Shown one piece after another: positions 1 through 12,175 of a DNA stretch of 64,000 nt; the stretch's first letter is position 1, and every line of letters begins with the position of its first letter. The stretch lies in NCBI RefSeq assembly GCF_000143415.4, contig NW_003314362.1, forward strand, positions 333,648-397,647. The letters run 5' to 3'. This DNA comes from Selaginella moellendorffii. Lineage: Eukaryota; Plantae; Lycopodiophyta. The notes below the pieces were generated by a model. The model ran no database searches and was not told where the DNA came from. It was given only the letters and a program-made list of their open reading frames with translations. The position numbers were made by a program, and so were the translations under genes.

Positions 1-19
1 ATCATCTTCATTTGGATCT

Positions 20-660
20 TTCCACTGCCATAATACTTGACAATCTCGGGATTTACAAGCATGCCATCCAAAGTCAGCCTCTTGCTTGGCTCCATAAAAA
101 GTATTTTCTAGATGAAATCTTCCACTTTGCACAATGCAAAATCGTTTGGAAATGCCAAGAAATCCATCTTTACCCTCAGTTTATAGTTTCTTACCAACTC
201 ATACACAATAACTCACAGTCCCCACACGTCCACAACCAACATGTAACTCTCATGATCCTCAAGCTCCATCTCTCTTCACTGCCACCACCTCATGCACCAT
301 GTACTTCAATGTTCCACAGTTGACAATACTGCCGCATGTCCCACTATTTGTTCGTGGCCATGCCAAAGTCTCCAATCACCACTTCATCCTTGCAGTGGCA
401 TTGAGCCTCTCAAAGATGTTTTTGAGCTTGAGATTGCAGTGGACAACCCCTCTAGAGTGCATCCACTTAGCATTTTTACCAATGTTTTGATTGTCTTCAC
501 AGACCCTGGATCAATCACTCTGCCAGTCTAGGGCGGCATAACTCCATGTCCCATAGCACCTCCTAGCCCTCATAAAATTCTTGTTGTCAATAATTTCACA
601 AACTCAAAACTTGGACATGACCCAGCTTCACATTGATCCAACAATTTCCTGATATACCTC
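20..660 (-). pseudogene. Degenerate Ser/Thr protein kinase pseudogene fragment
   Basis: Reverse strand reads HSRGVVHCNLKLKNIF (HRDLKxxN-like catalytic loop), VVIGDFGMA (DFG) and DVWTVGVIVYEL (subdomain IX), interrupted by stops and frameshifts. Boundaries approximate. Confidence 0.65.
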
Positions 661-1658
661 TTGAGAAACTTGAACCTTAATTTAGGCTAATTACTTTTAA
701 AAAATCTTTAATTTAAATCTTGGTAAAATTCTCAAGCTAATTGGACTAAGAGACATGGACAGCGTGTACTGGCTCGCTGGAGTTTTGCATGGCATGTTTG
801 GAGAGAGGTGGTGGCGATGGGGATTCCAACACTCCACGAATGGATTCTCTATCATATTTCAGTCCCAGAAAAGACGGCAGCGATGCCTAGAGTTTCAACA
901 GAGAAAGAGGTGTTGCTTTGCCACAAAATTATGAGCTTTGACAACGTTTCGATTTGGACTTCCAAAATGCACAAACTAACGCATGGCATGAATGGTATAA
1001 AAAGAGCTCTCGCAAGAGAAGAAGAAACCAAAAGAATGGCCGGGTGAGGATCTGTTTCACGAGGCCGAACTCCAAGGTCCAAGGCACGGCAGCGTCCAGC
1101 TCGAGCACTGATCACGGCATCCAGTTTCACTGATGATTCAAGAGCGTCCTGTACCTGTACGAGCTGCCAAGCACTGGCTGCAACGACGAGCTTCAGGGGT
1201 GCAGCGATGCGGATAGCGAGTCCCATCGCCAGAAGCTCCGGGCCAGCGCTGGCTAGCCGTGATGATCCCGATGCATCACGCTCGGCAACCTTGCCAGCGA
1301 TGGTAGCGTTCGAAACAGTTCGGGAGGACGAGATGATTCCATACGTGGATGGCTTTCCATGGGATTCCGCGGAGGAGCTGGAACGTGCAGCTTGCGGGCC
1401 TTTTTCTCCCGAAGAAATAAAGGATGCAGCGTCAGAGGAGGGGCATTTTCCATGGCAAGAAGTGGAAGACCTTCCACCACCTCACGAGGCCAACGATGAT
1501 CAAGCAACGACGACAGCGCCAGCTCCAAGGAGAACAAGCAGAGGCACTGAACAAGAAGAAGAAATCTATACATGGAAGTCGAAGGTGATGAGGCATAGAT
1601 CGAAACTAGTTCAACTAATCCGGAAAAACTTATTTTAGCTGTAGAAATAAACATTGTC

Positions 1659-4600
1659 TTAACGGCGCCTTTTCTTCTTTCGACCCAGCTGACCGGACTT
1701 GGCAGCCGCCTCTTGTTCTTCCAAGAATGCCATGGCTTTCTTGTACTTGTCTTCACGCTCCTGCTCGGCCTCGGCTCGTTCTTTCAGTTTCTCTGCAGCC
1801 AGGAACTGGTTGTCTTTCCTCAGCTCCCGAGCCGCGCCTTTGGCTTCGCGTTGGATTTGGCGCCGCAGCTTCTTCCTCTCCGCCCTGTCTCGATCAATAT
1901 CGTAGTCTCTTCCCTTGGCAAAACTGAGAAAGAAGAAGAATACCACCACGTTAGAAGAACAATCGTAAAGCGGCGACTACGTACTCTTCCTCAAACTTCG
2001 GGTTGAACTGCTTGATGGGAGTGGGTTTCTTCAGCCGCAATTGCAAAGGCTGCCGAAACTTTTCCAGCTCCTCTACTGTCTTATGGATGAGCTCGAGCGT
2101 GTCAATTATGGATGCCTTTAAACTCTTTGGGAGGAGCTTTGAGGAGGACAGCTCCAGCAGTACAGGAACGAACTCCCTGAGGATCTCGGGACTAGACGGT
2201 AAGTCGTTGTAAATCGTTACAAATCCTTTCAATGTTTGGATGGAAGCATTCAGGATGCCACACCTGAATTTACCAGAACCGAGTTATTAAACGACCTCAG
2301 CGGTATAACCAAACCTGAAGGAGTCCGTGTCAAAGATATCCAAATCGCCATCTGCCGCCACTAACTCTGGGAAGTCCAGGTCGCAAAAGCTTTTATCAGA
2401 ATTGTCGTCCTTGAGAAGTAACCAAGGCCGACTTCCAACCAGCTCTCTCAAAAATTGTGGACCCTGGAAACCACCAGCTTACTTCAGAAAAAGAAAATGG
2501 TCATACAAATTTACCGTTTTTCTAGCCGCGCTACTATCTGGCAGGCCCGTCGACAGCAGCACCAACAAAAAGCTCAAAGCCTCTGGGAAAAATCTCCGAG
2601 CATGTTTCATGATCTATCAAACAAAAGCAGGTTAAAGCAATAAAAATAAAAGATGAAAAAATCGGTGCTCACTGAAAGTGCCAATGAGCATAGAAAGGCT
2701 CCAACTCCAACATCTCGGCCTGAAGTAACTGGACAACGCATCAAATACTCTCCCAACAAAAGTACCAATGGTGTCATGACTACATGCCGAAAGTCCGATC
2801 CAGGAAATATAAGAGACCAAAGCCTCATCAAGAGAAGAGTTCTCACTGACGGCCAGCAGCTGCTTTCATCTCCATCTACACTGGATTAAGGTCGAAGTTA
2901 AAACAAAAATGGACATTGAAACGCGCAAGAGCAGCATACCTTTGCTTCGTAGCTTGTCCGACAAAACTTGTTGCATGCGTATCAGCCTTTCACGTGCACA
3001 CGCAGCTGCGTAATAAGGCGTCTCTAAACTCATTTCGATCAACGGCTTCGTTAGCATGTTGATTCTATCCAGAGGTAACGGTTTCGCTCCCGCCAAATCC
3101 GAAATGTACAACACCAAAACATTGTAGAACACCTGGAGCAGAAAAGATTAGTCAGGGAGAAACAGAAAAACCAAGATAAACAAGTACCTGCATCTTTTTC
3201 CTGTTTTCGGCCGCTAGACTGATGGCATTACAAGCTCTGATCCGTTGAATTGCCACCCCTAGCTCCTCAGTCGACCTGTGTTTAACCAGCCCCAGGAGCT
3301 GTTCGAGAGTCTGAGGTGCGTTGATAACGAACGGAAGCTCACGGGACTCTTCTATATCTTTGTCGTCACTCTCGTCTTCCTTACGCAACGTAGATTTCAC
3401 CTCCTCGATTAGCTCCTCCCTCGTGGACTCCTCACTGCCTGATGTTCCGCTGTCTTCACCTTGTACAGCTTCATCGAAGTCAGTGTCTTCTTCATCATCG
3501 TCGTCGCCATTTTCCTCATTGTCAGTATCGCTAGCATCTGGATTCTCAGCCTCAGTCCTGGCCATGACTTCGTCCACCCATCCCTTTTCTTGATACTCCT
3601 CTTCCAGAACAAAGTTTTCACCGAGATCATCACCAGATATCTCAGCACGCTTTCTCTTCTTCTTCCGCTTCGAACCTCCGTCGTCTTCGTCGGCCTCAGA
3701 GTCTGATTCCTGCGCTCCGGTCATTCTTTGTATCCGTTTTTTCTAAAGCACGCAAAAGTTTTGTCAGAAAGTCTACAGAACTTGGAAGATTCATTACGTG
3801 CCTCGAGCTCCTCTAGACGTTCTTTTTCCTCCTTTGCAATCTCTTCGGATGTCTTTAGCCTCTCCGAAGCCTGTGCGCGTATTTCAAAAGCCATCTCCTT
3901 CATCAGCTTGTCGTAGTCATCTGGTTTCTCCTGCACAAATATATAAGCCAAGTATTGCAGGACAGTGTGTGAAGTACCTTCTCGGTATCTGCGTCAGAAG
4001 CTTTATCATTCTTAATCGAGCCTTTCGCCAAGAGAGCCTTCAAAGTATTAATCTTTTTGGGACGCATCAAAGAGAGCAGAGCTGGCGTTTCGGCCAAAAC
4101 TTTAAAATCGCTGTCCAGCTTTTCTCTGAGATCAAGGTCGTCTTCTTTTTCTTTGGCTTTCACGGCCTGCAAATAAGCAAAGTTGAGTACGCCGGTGTAT
4201 GGACCGACCAAATGAGCATACCTTGAAGTGCTTGCTTTTGGCAATAACTTCTTCCATAATTTCTTTCTTTGATCGTTTCTCCTGATACCAATCGCATCTT
4301 AAGAGTGAAATCACCTTGAAAGAAATATAGAAACTATCTGACCTTTCTTGCGGGATCAGCGTCCGTGAAACCACCTCCGAAATTGAGCTCTTTTTGTGCT
4401 TCGGCAACCTGAGGAAGCTCTTCTTCATCGTCTCCCGAAACATCTTCATTAAAGTCATCCAACATCGATAAAGCTGCTCCCTTGTGAGTAAGAAGATCTC
4501 CCTCTTCTTCTTCTTCTTCCTCAGCGTCGGGCAGTGCAAACTTACTCTTCCTCTGGAGTTGAGCCTACACGAAAGACCAACCAAGAGACTTAGTTTCTAG

Positions 4601-4973
4601 CAATAAAAAAAATTGCACCAGTCTTTCACGTTGAAACCGCACAATCGCCTTCTCATCCTCGCTCATCTCTTCGTCATTCTCTCCAAACCGACGATCAACG
4701 AAAGCATTGCTCTTGTGCCGCAGCTTATACTCCCGCAATATCGTCTTCTTCCGCTGCAAAACTTCCCCACAATCGGCTCCAAATCGAAAATGCATTGCAT
4801 ACGGGTACCTTCTCAATGCCGCGGGATCGCAACTCGCCAATCCTGCGCCCCTCGCCCTTCTGCTTCTTGCCGAGAATGTCAAATTTCCGCCGCGACCACA
4901 GCGTCTCGAAGAGACTGGGAGCAGCAGCAGCCGGACGAGGCGCAGCCTTGGCCGGGCGCTTCTTCTTGGCCAT
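1659..4973 (-). CDS. NOP14: Nucleolar protein 14 (small-subunit processome), multi-exon with short introns
   Basis: Exon ORFs give hallmark Nop14 segments: FETLWSRRKFDILGKK, NAFVDRRFGENDEEM, KSKKEIMEEVIAKSK, DDYDKLMKEMAFEIRAQASERLKT, ELPFVINAP, DFRHVVMTP, PIKQFNPKFEE and C-terminal REAKGAARELRKDNQFL. ATG at 4973, TAA at 1659-1661. Exact exon boundaries not all resolved. Confidence 0.93.
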
Positions 4974-4979
4974 CGCTTA

Positions 4980-4999
4980 AACCCTAAACGTTTAGGGTT
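4980..4999. promoter_or_regulatory. Palindromic double telo-box (AACCCTAAAC|GTTTAGGGTT) just upstream of the NOP14 start
   Basis: Perfect 20-bp palindrome made of two telo-box-like halves. Telo-boxes are established elements of plant ribosome-biogenesis gene promoters. Confidence 0.65.
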
Positions 5000-5065
5000 C
5001 TAGCATCTATTAATTTTTATCGAGGTACATATTAAAGACCTCTAAGCCATGGTTATAAATGTTAA

Positions 5066-5139
5066 GCTTTCATAGCTCAGTTGGTCAGAGCACCCGTTTA
5101 GTAAGCGGGAGGTCCCGAGTTCAACTCTCGGTGAAAGCA
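5066..5139 (+). tRNA. tRNA-Thr (anticodon AGT)
   Basis: Acceptor stem GCTTTCA/TGAAAGC plus discriminator A; D arm TAGCTCAGTTGGTCAGAGC; anticodon arm CCCGT-TTAGTAA-GCGGG; T loop GTTCAACTC; TATAAA at ~5054 upstream. Confidence 0.95.
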
Positions 5140-5149
5140 GCTTGCCCTC

Positions 5150-5746
5150 TAAGGCGAGTGAGCTTAGCCAGCTTCGATAATGCGGGAAAGAAGAAACTCA
5201 TTATCAAAGGTATAGCGTTTGGCTTCACCCCTTCCATATCTTCGCAGCTCAAACACTTCTCTTCAGTTGCTGGCACCGGGAAGCAACAGTCGAGGAGCGT
5301 GACGAAAGTTACTCAATCCGGCTGGAAACCTTCTAAATCCATCTGCTGAAACAGCTCCCAAGTGCCTTGAATTCCAGGCGGCGAGGATGGCGGAGATTGT
5401 AGTGGCGCTGGGCGTCACCGCCGCCTCGAGGAGCATGATCCGGAAGATCCCAAATGCCCGGGTGTGATGCCCGTTCTGGGCATATGCGGAGATCATCGCG
5501 TTCCACGCGATTACATCCCTCTCGCCCATCGCCTGGAAGATCTCCTCAGCTTGAACTACGCAGCCGCAGCTAGCATACATCCTGAGCAGCGCGGTTTCCA
5601 GCACCACCAGATTCCCTCCAAGATCGTGAATACATGCCGAGCAGCGAGATCGCCACCGATGGATTGTGGTGGCGCTGGGCGTCACCGCCGCCTCGAGGAG
5701 CATGATCCGGAAGATCCCAAATGCCCGGGTGTGATGCCCGGTGTGG
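5150..5746 (-). pseudogene. PPR pseudogene patchwork, largely an inverted copy of parts of the adjacent PPR gene
   Basis: 5375-5626 is the near-perfect reverse complement of 6320-6571; 5627-5663 matches 6635-6670; 5663-5746 matches 6467-6550. 5150-5345 encodes degenerate PPR motifs (QMDLEGFQPD*VTFVTLLDC). Confidence 0.85.
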
Positions 5747-5867
5747 AAAATAGATCTACCCCCTGAGCTTCTCTCCAAAGCCCATGGTTGGCATCATTCT
5801 TGACAATGATAAAATTTAAATCGAATCTTGACTAGAACTAGTTTTGGACAAACACAAAGATGCATGA

Positions 5868-8372
5868 ATGCGTGGGGGCATTTTGGCGGAGCTCGCTAGA
5901 GTGGATTGCCAAGCCGGCTACGCATCGCTCCTCCAGAGATGCGCGGATCCCAGGCTCTTGCCCGAGGCCAAGCTCCTCCACTCCCACATCGCTCGCCATC
6001 CCCTCCACTCGCGCAGCCTCCTCCTCCGCAACCACATCGTCCACGCCTACGCCAGATGCGGCAGCCTCGCCGACGCGCGCGCCGCCTTCGATGCCATCCC
6101 CGCCAAGAACGTCTTCTCCTGGAGCATCATCATCGCTGCCTACACCCGCCATGGCCACCACCGCCAAGCTCTGGATCTCTTCGACCAAATGGAGGCGAAT
6201 CCCAGCGCTGCGCCGCCGCCCAATGCCTTCGTTCTCTCCACGGCCCTCGGCGCCTGCTCGGCGCTGCGCGATCTGGGCCGCGGCGAGCGCATCCACTCGC
6301 GGATCCAGCAGCGGCGGAGCGATCTTGGAGGGAATATGGTGGTGCTGGAAACCGCTCTGCTCAGGATGTATGCTAGCTGCGGCTGCGTAGTCCAAGCGGA
6401 GGAGATCTTCCAGGCGATGGGCGAGAGGGATGTAATCGCGTGGAACGCGATGATCTCCGCATATGCCCACACCGGGCATCACACCCGGGCATTTGGGATT
6501 TTCCGGATCATGCTCCTCGAGGCGGCGGTGACGCCCAGCGCCGCTACAATCTCCGCCATCCTCGCCGCCTGCCTCGATCTGGGATCCGGGAGGAGGATCC
6601 ACTGCTTAGCGGCATCGATCGGGGTGGAGTCCCATCCATCGGTGGCGATCTCGCTGCTGGGCATGTACTCGCGATGCAGTAGCTCCATCACCAGCGCTAG
6701 AGCGCTGTTCTTGGGCATGGAGAGGAAGAGCCTGGTGGCGTGGAACACGATGATCGCGGCGTGTGCGCAGAGAGGTCTAGCGGCAGAGGCCCAGGAGCTG
6801 TTCAAGGCCATGGATGTGGAGCCGGATGGATTCACTTTCGCGAGCTTGCTGGCGGTGTGCTGCGATCTAGACCTCGGGCGGCGCCTCCACGCCGGGATTG
6901 CCACGGCGCGCCTCGCTTCGCGCTTGATCGTGGACACGGCGCTGGTGGGCATGTATTCGCGGTGTGGGAGCTTGGGCGATGCTGCGGCTGTGTTTGAGGG
7001 AATGGAGGATCGCGACACAGTCGCGTGGAATGCCATGATCGCGGCATTTGCCGAGGCGAGAGATCTAGATCGGGCTATGGAGTGCTACCAGAGAATGCTG
7101 GATCGATCCACTTGTGAGCCCAATGGGATCACGTATGCCACCCTTCTCGCTGCTTGCCGCGATCGAGGTGATCTTGGCCATGGCCGGCGCCTTTTCAAGG
7201 ATGCCCAGGATCGAGGGCTCTATCCCGATCGATTCGTGCAAAGCGCGGCGGTGGCGATGCTCGCGCGGTGTGGCGCGATCTGCGAGGCCAGGAAATTGCT
7301 GCGGGAGGGCAAGATCAGGGACGTGGAGGCCTGGAACGCGATGATCTCGGCTTATGCCCAGATGGGTCATTTGCGCGAGGCTCTGGGAATCTACCGGGAG
7401 ATGGAACACGACGGCTCCAGCAGCCCCGATCTCTTCACCTTTGCAAGCGCTCTAGCTGCTGCAGCTGGGCTTGGAGATCTGGACACCGGGAAGGCCATCC
7501 ACGAGAGAATGGCGGCCGAAAGATCGCTCAAGCTCGATGTCTTCGCCGCAAACGCGCTGCTCACCATGTTCTCCAAGTGTGGCAGCTTGGGCGATGCCAA
7601 GCTCGTGTTTGATCGCATCCCGGACAAGGACGCAGTGTCCTGGAACTCGATGATCTCGGCCTACGCCCACCACGGCCGCTACAAAGACGCCATCGCCACG
7701 TACCGCGCCATGGACTGTCGCCCGGACGAGGCCACCATCGTGAGCGCCCTCGCGGCAGCGTCGGCTCTCGCGGATCTAGACGAAGGAGCTGCCATCCACG
7801 CCCGAGCTCTCGAGCTCGGGATCGCCACTCCTGCGGTGGAGTCCACGCTCGCGAGCATGCACGCCAAGTGTGGGAGCTTGGACGCGGCCATGGCGCTCTT
7901 CGAGAAGAACCGCGAGAAGGATCTAGTCTCCTGGAACGCGATGGTGGCAGCGTACGCGCAGCACGGAGATGGCTCCGAGGCGCTCGCGCTGATCCACCGG
8001 ATGGAGCTGGAGGGGATCTCCCCGAATGGAGTGACGCTGTCCGGGGTGCTGGCGTCGTGCTCCCATGCCGGGCTGCTCGAGCGGGGGATGTTCTACGTGG
8101 GGTGGCTGAGCCGGGAGCACGGCGTGGCGGTGGAGAGTGAGCACTATCGGTTTGTAGTGGAGCTGCTCGGGCGGTGTGGGAGGCTGGGCGAGGCCGAGGC
8201 GGTGGTCCGCGGTATGCCGCTGGAGCCCGAGCCCGCGCTGTGGGTGACGCTGGTGGCCGCTTGCGTGCTCCACGAGGAGGTAAGCCGCGCGGACCGTGCC
8301 GCTGCGGGGTTGGATCCTGGCGACGCTGCGTCTTACGTGCTCCTCGCCAATGTATACTCGGCTGGGATTTGA
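5868..8372 (+). CDS. PLS-class pentatricopeptide repeat protein with E domain (834 aa, intronless, no DYW)
   Basis: Tandem P/L/S motifs (YARCGSLADARAAFD, DVIAWNAMISAYA, PDGFTFASLL), C-terminal HYRFVVELLGRCGRLGEAE...MPLEPEPALWVTLVAAC and E-domain SYVLLANVY. Confidence 0.93.
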   Translation: MRGGILAELARVDCQAGYASLLQRCADPRLLPEAKLLHSHIARHPLHSRSLLLRNHIVHAYARCGSLADARAAFDAIPAKNVFSWSIIIAAYTRHGHHRQALDLFDQMEANPSAAPPPNAFVLSTALGACSALRDLGRGERIHSRIQQRRSDLGGNMVVLETALLRMYASCGCVVQAEEIFQAMGERDVIAWNAMISAYAHTGHHTRAFGIFRIMLLEAAVTPSAATISAILAACLDLGSGRRIHCLAASIGVESHPSVAISLLGMYSRCSSSITSARALFLGMERKSLVAWNTMIAACAQRGLAAEAQELFKAMDVEPDGFTFASLLAVCCDLDLGRRLHAGIATARLASRLIVDTALVGMYSRCGSLGDAAAVFEGMEDRDTVAWNAMIAAFAEARDLDRAMECYQRMLDRSTCEPNGITYATLLAACRDRGDLGHGRRLFKDAQDRGLYPDRFVQSAAVAMLARCGAICEARKLLREGKIRDVEAWNAMISAYAQMGHLREALGIYREMEHDGSSSPDLFTFASALAAAAGLGDLDTGKAIHERMAAERSLKLDVFAANALLTMFSKCGSLGDAKLVFDRIPDKDAVSWNSMISAYAHHGRYKDAIATYRAMDCRPDEATIVSALAAASALADLDEGAAIHARALELGIATPAVESTLASMHAKCGSLDAAMALFEKNREKDLVSWNAMVAAYAQHGDGSEALALIHRMELEGISPNGVTLSGVLASCSHAGLLERGMFYVGWLSREHGVAVESEHYRFVVELLGRCGRLGEAEAVVRGMPLEPEPALWVTLVAACVLHEEVSRADRAAAGLDPGDAASYVLLANVYSAGI

Positions 8373-8559
8373 TATGTTGGCGGGAATTTTTGTAGTCGGT
8401 TAGAGTCTAGGCTGCGTTCCTGGATGCTGATCACCAAATACCACTTGGGAAGCGATGGTGAATTTTCAGCATCCAGGAACGCGTTCACTTGGAGTTCATG
8501 GCGAGGAGGTATATTTTCTTTTCTTGTCTCTGCCTCCATTGCAAAAAAAATTCTATCTG

Positions 8560-10150
8560 TGCAGATGTTTGGCTTTGTTGATCCTATGGTACAGTTTCTC
8601 CTAGGGGACTTGTTTCTGCTTCATTGAAAAAAGATGAGACAGAAGTCAATGTGCAAAGTTCACTGGAAGGAAATAGGAAGCGAGTGTTATCTCCGTGGCC
8701 AGGAGACAAGGGTGCGAACTAAAAACAGACAAGAAGTCGCAAAAGTGTCAAGGTCCTTCTAAGTTTTTATTATATTTTTCTTCTTTTGACAAACTTTTAT
8801 GGACTTACTAGGTCCAGAAGATGTTTATGTCTCGGATTCGGGACCTGAGCTGGAGCCTAAGATTGTGTCCGATACACTGGTGGTACTTCACGTGAGAGAA
8901 GAAGAACCAGTCAGAAAGCATAATTCACCAAATCTAGAGCGTAAGTACAAATAGCTTCCTCATGAAATGCGGCGAGAATCTAATTCTTTTCTTTTACAAG
9001 TGCCAATCGACACCAGTCGGGATCCAGCTCAGAAGAAAATCAAAACAACTCGGACTTGTTTGCCAGCATGATATCTCTGCTACTTCCAAATGCTGTCTCT
9101 CATGAAAAAACGTTCAAAAAGAAAACGCAGAAGTTGACAACGCGGAAAAACCTCAGCAAACAAAGAATATCGATGAGGACACACAATCAATGTGCGGGCG
9201 GAAACATAATCGGTACCACAGTCATCGTCAACAAGCTCACTAGCTCGAATGAGCTTGAACAAGTCACAATGCAGCCCAGCCAGCTCTTAGTAAAGCAACT
9301 GGAGGCTGTCAAAAGGATTCGACAATCACAACAGCCAATGCTTTGGACGACCATTGTGCTGATTTGGACAACAAGCGGTACATTATCTCGGATACTCTTG
9401 AAAGGCTACCAGTGGAGCCTTCTGCTGAAGCTGAAGAAAAGGTCCAGGATCTCGGACATGTCGAATCACTTGATCCAGCGTGCGTGACGGATAGTATACT
9501 TCGGCCCCCAACAATGCTTTATACCTGAAGTCAATACCTTTCACAGGCGCTGGTTCCATTGAGCTACTTGATCTAGAAATTCCGTATGCGTGACGGACAG
9601 TCACACTTCGACCGAACAAGAAAAACAACAATGCTCTAGACCACAAGTCCGGTTCCATCAACGAACAAGCAGTATCTACTACGGCTCAAGCAAAGGATAC
9701 GTGGACTAAACCGGAGCCTGCTCAAAATGATTCCGTAGCCAACGATTTGGCCAAGCAGTCGAGAATATATACTGGCTTTAGTTCCATCAGCCAGGCTCGG
9801 ACATGCTAAAACCCGTCGCTGCTCTTGAGCACGAACTTTCAGTTCTTTGCGTGGCACTCAACGCAAGGAGTCAGGAGGTGGATGTTTGCGGCTCTTGTAG
9901 TAAAGCATGGTGTACAATTACATGCATACCGTGTTTTTGGAGCAGAGGCTTGTTCTGTGTTTCTTTCATCTTGGTACATTTGGCTTTATTTTCGCAGCTG
10001 CAAGCGGAGTTTGGAATTTAGCTCACTCCAGATGGCGACGGCCTTCTTTGTTCATAGCCCCAAGCTTCCCATATAGTGCGGGTGGTTTAACAGTCTTTGG
10101 TCGGTGCTGGAGATGAAGGTTGTGTATCCAAGAATGGCGCATGGATTGAG
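8560..10150 (+). other. Possible multi-exon hypothetical gene or pseudogene (acidic low-complexity region, Cys-rich C-terminal motif CGSCSKAWC...CIPC)
   Basis: T-rich intron-like tracts ending in AG (~8810, ~9000, ~10190) and partial open frames; no family recognised. Confidence 0.25.
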
Positions 10151-10348
10151 GTAATTGTTTTTCATGTTTGCATTAATCACGTCCTATTCAGGCATTCTCT
10201 GTATGAAACACCTGCAAGATATAGCTGGAAGACTTTTCAAAGCATTTTTAAACCTAGCCATAGTTCCTCATGAAAAGCAAGGATGGCTAACTTTGATGCA
10301 CACCTTTTTATCATTTTAAAATCTATTGTTCTTACAAGAAGAAAAATA

Positions 10349-11905
10349 GGTTTCTTTGAGGGATTGAGTCAAAAACATATTTCACCGCACTGGGCGTTTG
10401 CTCGGAGCATTCCAGTCCACCCCATAACATCGTGCTGTGGCAGTCTCTCATATATGCCTCTCGCAAGATTAGTGCAGCCATGCTGCGCAAAAGAGTTGAC
10501 AGGTGTTGCCCATGACACGGAATCTCTCTGCGACATCCTCGCAAAGAACTTTTGTGCTTGCATCCGCAGCGATCATAGAGTTCCGTAGAACTGGATTGCT
10601 CAGTATTTTTGTGTGTGAGAATCATGATCTCGTTCCATCCTGACAACAGCTTCTTTGCTTCGAGAATCACATTCCACGACACAGAGTCTCTCAGGCATGT
10701 TTTCAAATTGGTTTCTAGCCTCGCTAATCATTCCAGCTTTCGCAAATAGCATTCATGCAAACTACGTGCCACTCTGGAATTCGATAAAAAACAAGCCTCG
10801 CTACGTGAATTTGCCGGCTTTGGGCATTTGCTGAAAGAAGCGCATTCATTCTTCCCGGGCATGGACTCCAAGACGCGCTTGGCCTCGTGAAGCTGCTGGT
10901 TGTGAATGTAGGCCTGGAGTGTCGATTTCCCGCTGGGATTCCTGCGGTCCAGTGTCGATCGACAGAGGGATTCCATCCGTGGTCTCGAATGCGTCCAGAG
11001 CACGAGGGATTCTTCGCCAGGTGACGCCCAAGATCCAAGCGTTCCAGGCAACTACATTCTCGCCTCAACCAGGCAGCCAGACATGCCCATCAAGCTGCAA
11101 GGAACGTAGAGATCACTGTGCTGCTTGGCTCTCTGCGAGGCTTGCGCTCCTTGATTCCCTCCACTCGGGCACAATGGAGCTTGTTCCTGGAAGCCATTCT
11201 AGTCTTGCTCGCTTGCCTGAGCCCAGCAGCGCCTTCCATGGTTAGCACGCTTATGGAACAATATCCTTGTGGAGCGGATCAACGCTGCCTTTGTGCCCGT
11301 GCTCGCAGTGCACAAAGGGCTCGAGTTTTAGTTCCATCTCGATAAACAATAAGTTTGTTTTCCAGGTGATTAGATTCTGGAGATAAACAATAGGCAGCGC
11401 AAAACTTTTGAGAAGAGAAAGCTGTTCGCTCTCCCAAGTCTTAGAATTTTCTCTCCCGGATCGACGACGCTGTCGAGAGAATCTGGAGCACAGCAGCGAT
11501 TCTCGCAGTTTGAAACGAAAAAGTCGTGAAACTCGTCACGATATCTCAATAGCTTCTTGTTCTTGCTCAAGTTCCTCGAAAAACTCTTCGAGCGCTCTCT
11601 CGTCTCCTGCCCGAGTAGCAAGGCCGATGGCACGGGTCCATAGCCACCAGGCAGCGTACGTGTTGGCCAGAAGCATGCACGACTGCGTCTTCTTGTCTGG
11701 AGCGAAATGGTTGATGTAGTTTGTCACCCGCAGTGCTCGAGCGATGTCGCTGTGCGTTTTGCAGGCACTCGGCTCGAACGGCATGTTGCAAATCATATCC
11801 TCGGCGATTTCCAAACGCCCCGCTCTTCCCAGAACGTCGAGGAAGCAACCATAGCACTCGTTTGCAAAGCTAACTCCATAGTCCCCTATTATACAAAGAA
11901 AGCCA
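10349..11905 (-). pseudogene. Degenerate PLS-PPR pseudogene fragments (also at ~34620-36176 and ~58150-59712)
   Basis: Frameshifted motifs RDSVSWN, QHDVMGWTGML, VFDSIPQRNL, and E-region YGCFLDVLGRAGRLEIAEDMICNMPFEP...MLLANTY. Confidence 0.8.
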
Positions 11906-11915
11906 AACCAGTCAG

Positions 11916-12175
11916 TCAGCCCCACACCATCGCCACCGCGTCCTGCTCGCTCAGATCCATTGACAAGCTTAGCTCCCTAGCACTGAGCTTGAGCTTGCAA
12001 ACTTCCTGCTCCAGCTTGTGTATCTCGTCCCTGTGAGCCCGCAAGTCCGCCTCGGACTTCCTCTGTATCCTTTCCACTCTTTGCTTGGCCGCCGCTTCGG
12101 CTTTCTCCCTGGCTAGTTTCTCGGCCTCCAAACGCAAGAGTGCCTCGTCTTTGGCCTTCTTGTCTTGCCTGCTCC
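11916..12175 (-). pseudogene. Coiled-coil fragment resembling RF298/RF4/PIR-type RING E3 ligases (also 36187-36446 and 59723-59982)
   Basis: DEALLRLEAEKLAREKAEAAAK...KSEADLRAHRDEIHKLEQEVCKLKL resembles the pre-RING coiled coil of that family (recalled, not searched). Confidence 0.5.

Noticed and set aside
808-1638. Short plus-strand ORFs (79 aa and 143 aa) converging on NOP14
   Set aside because: Broken by a stop, no recognisable family; cannot be supported as a gene from sequence alone.
5838-8395. Many overlapping alternative-frame and antisense ORFs over the PPR gene
   Set aside because: Shadow ORFs caused by high GC content.
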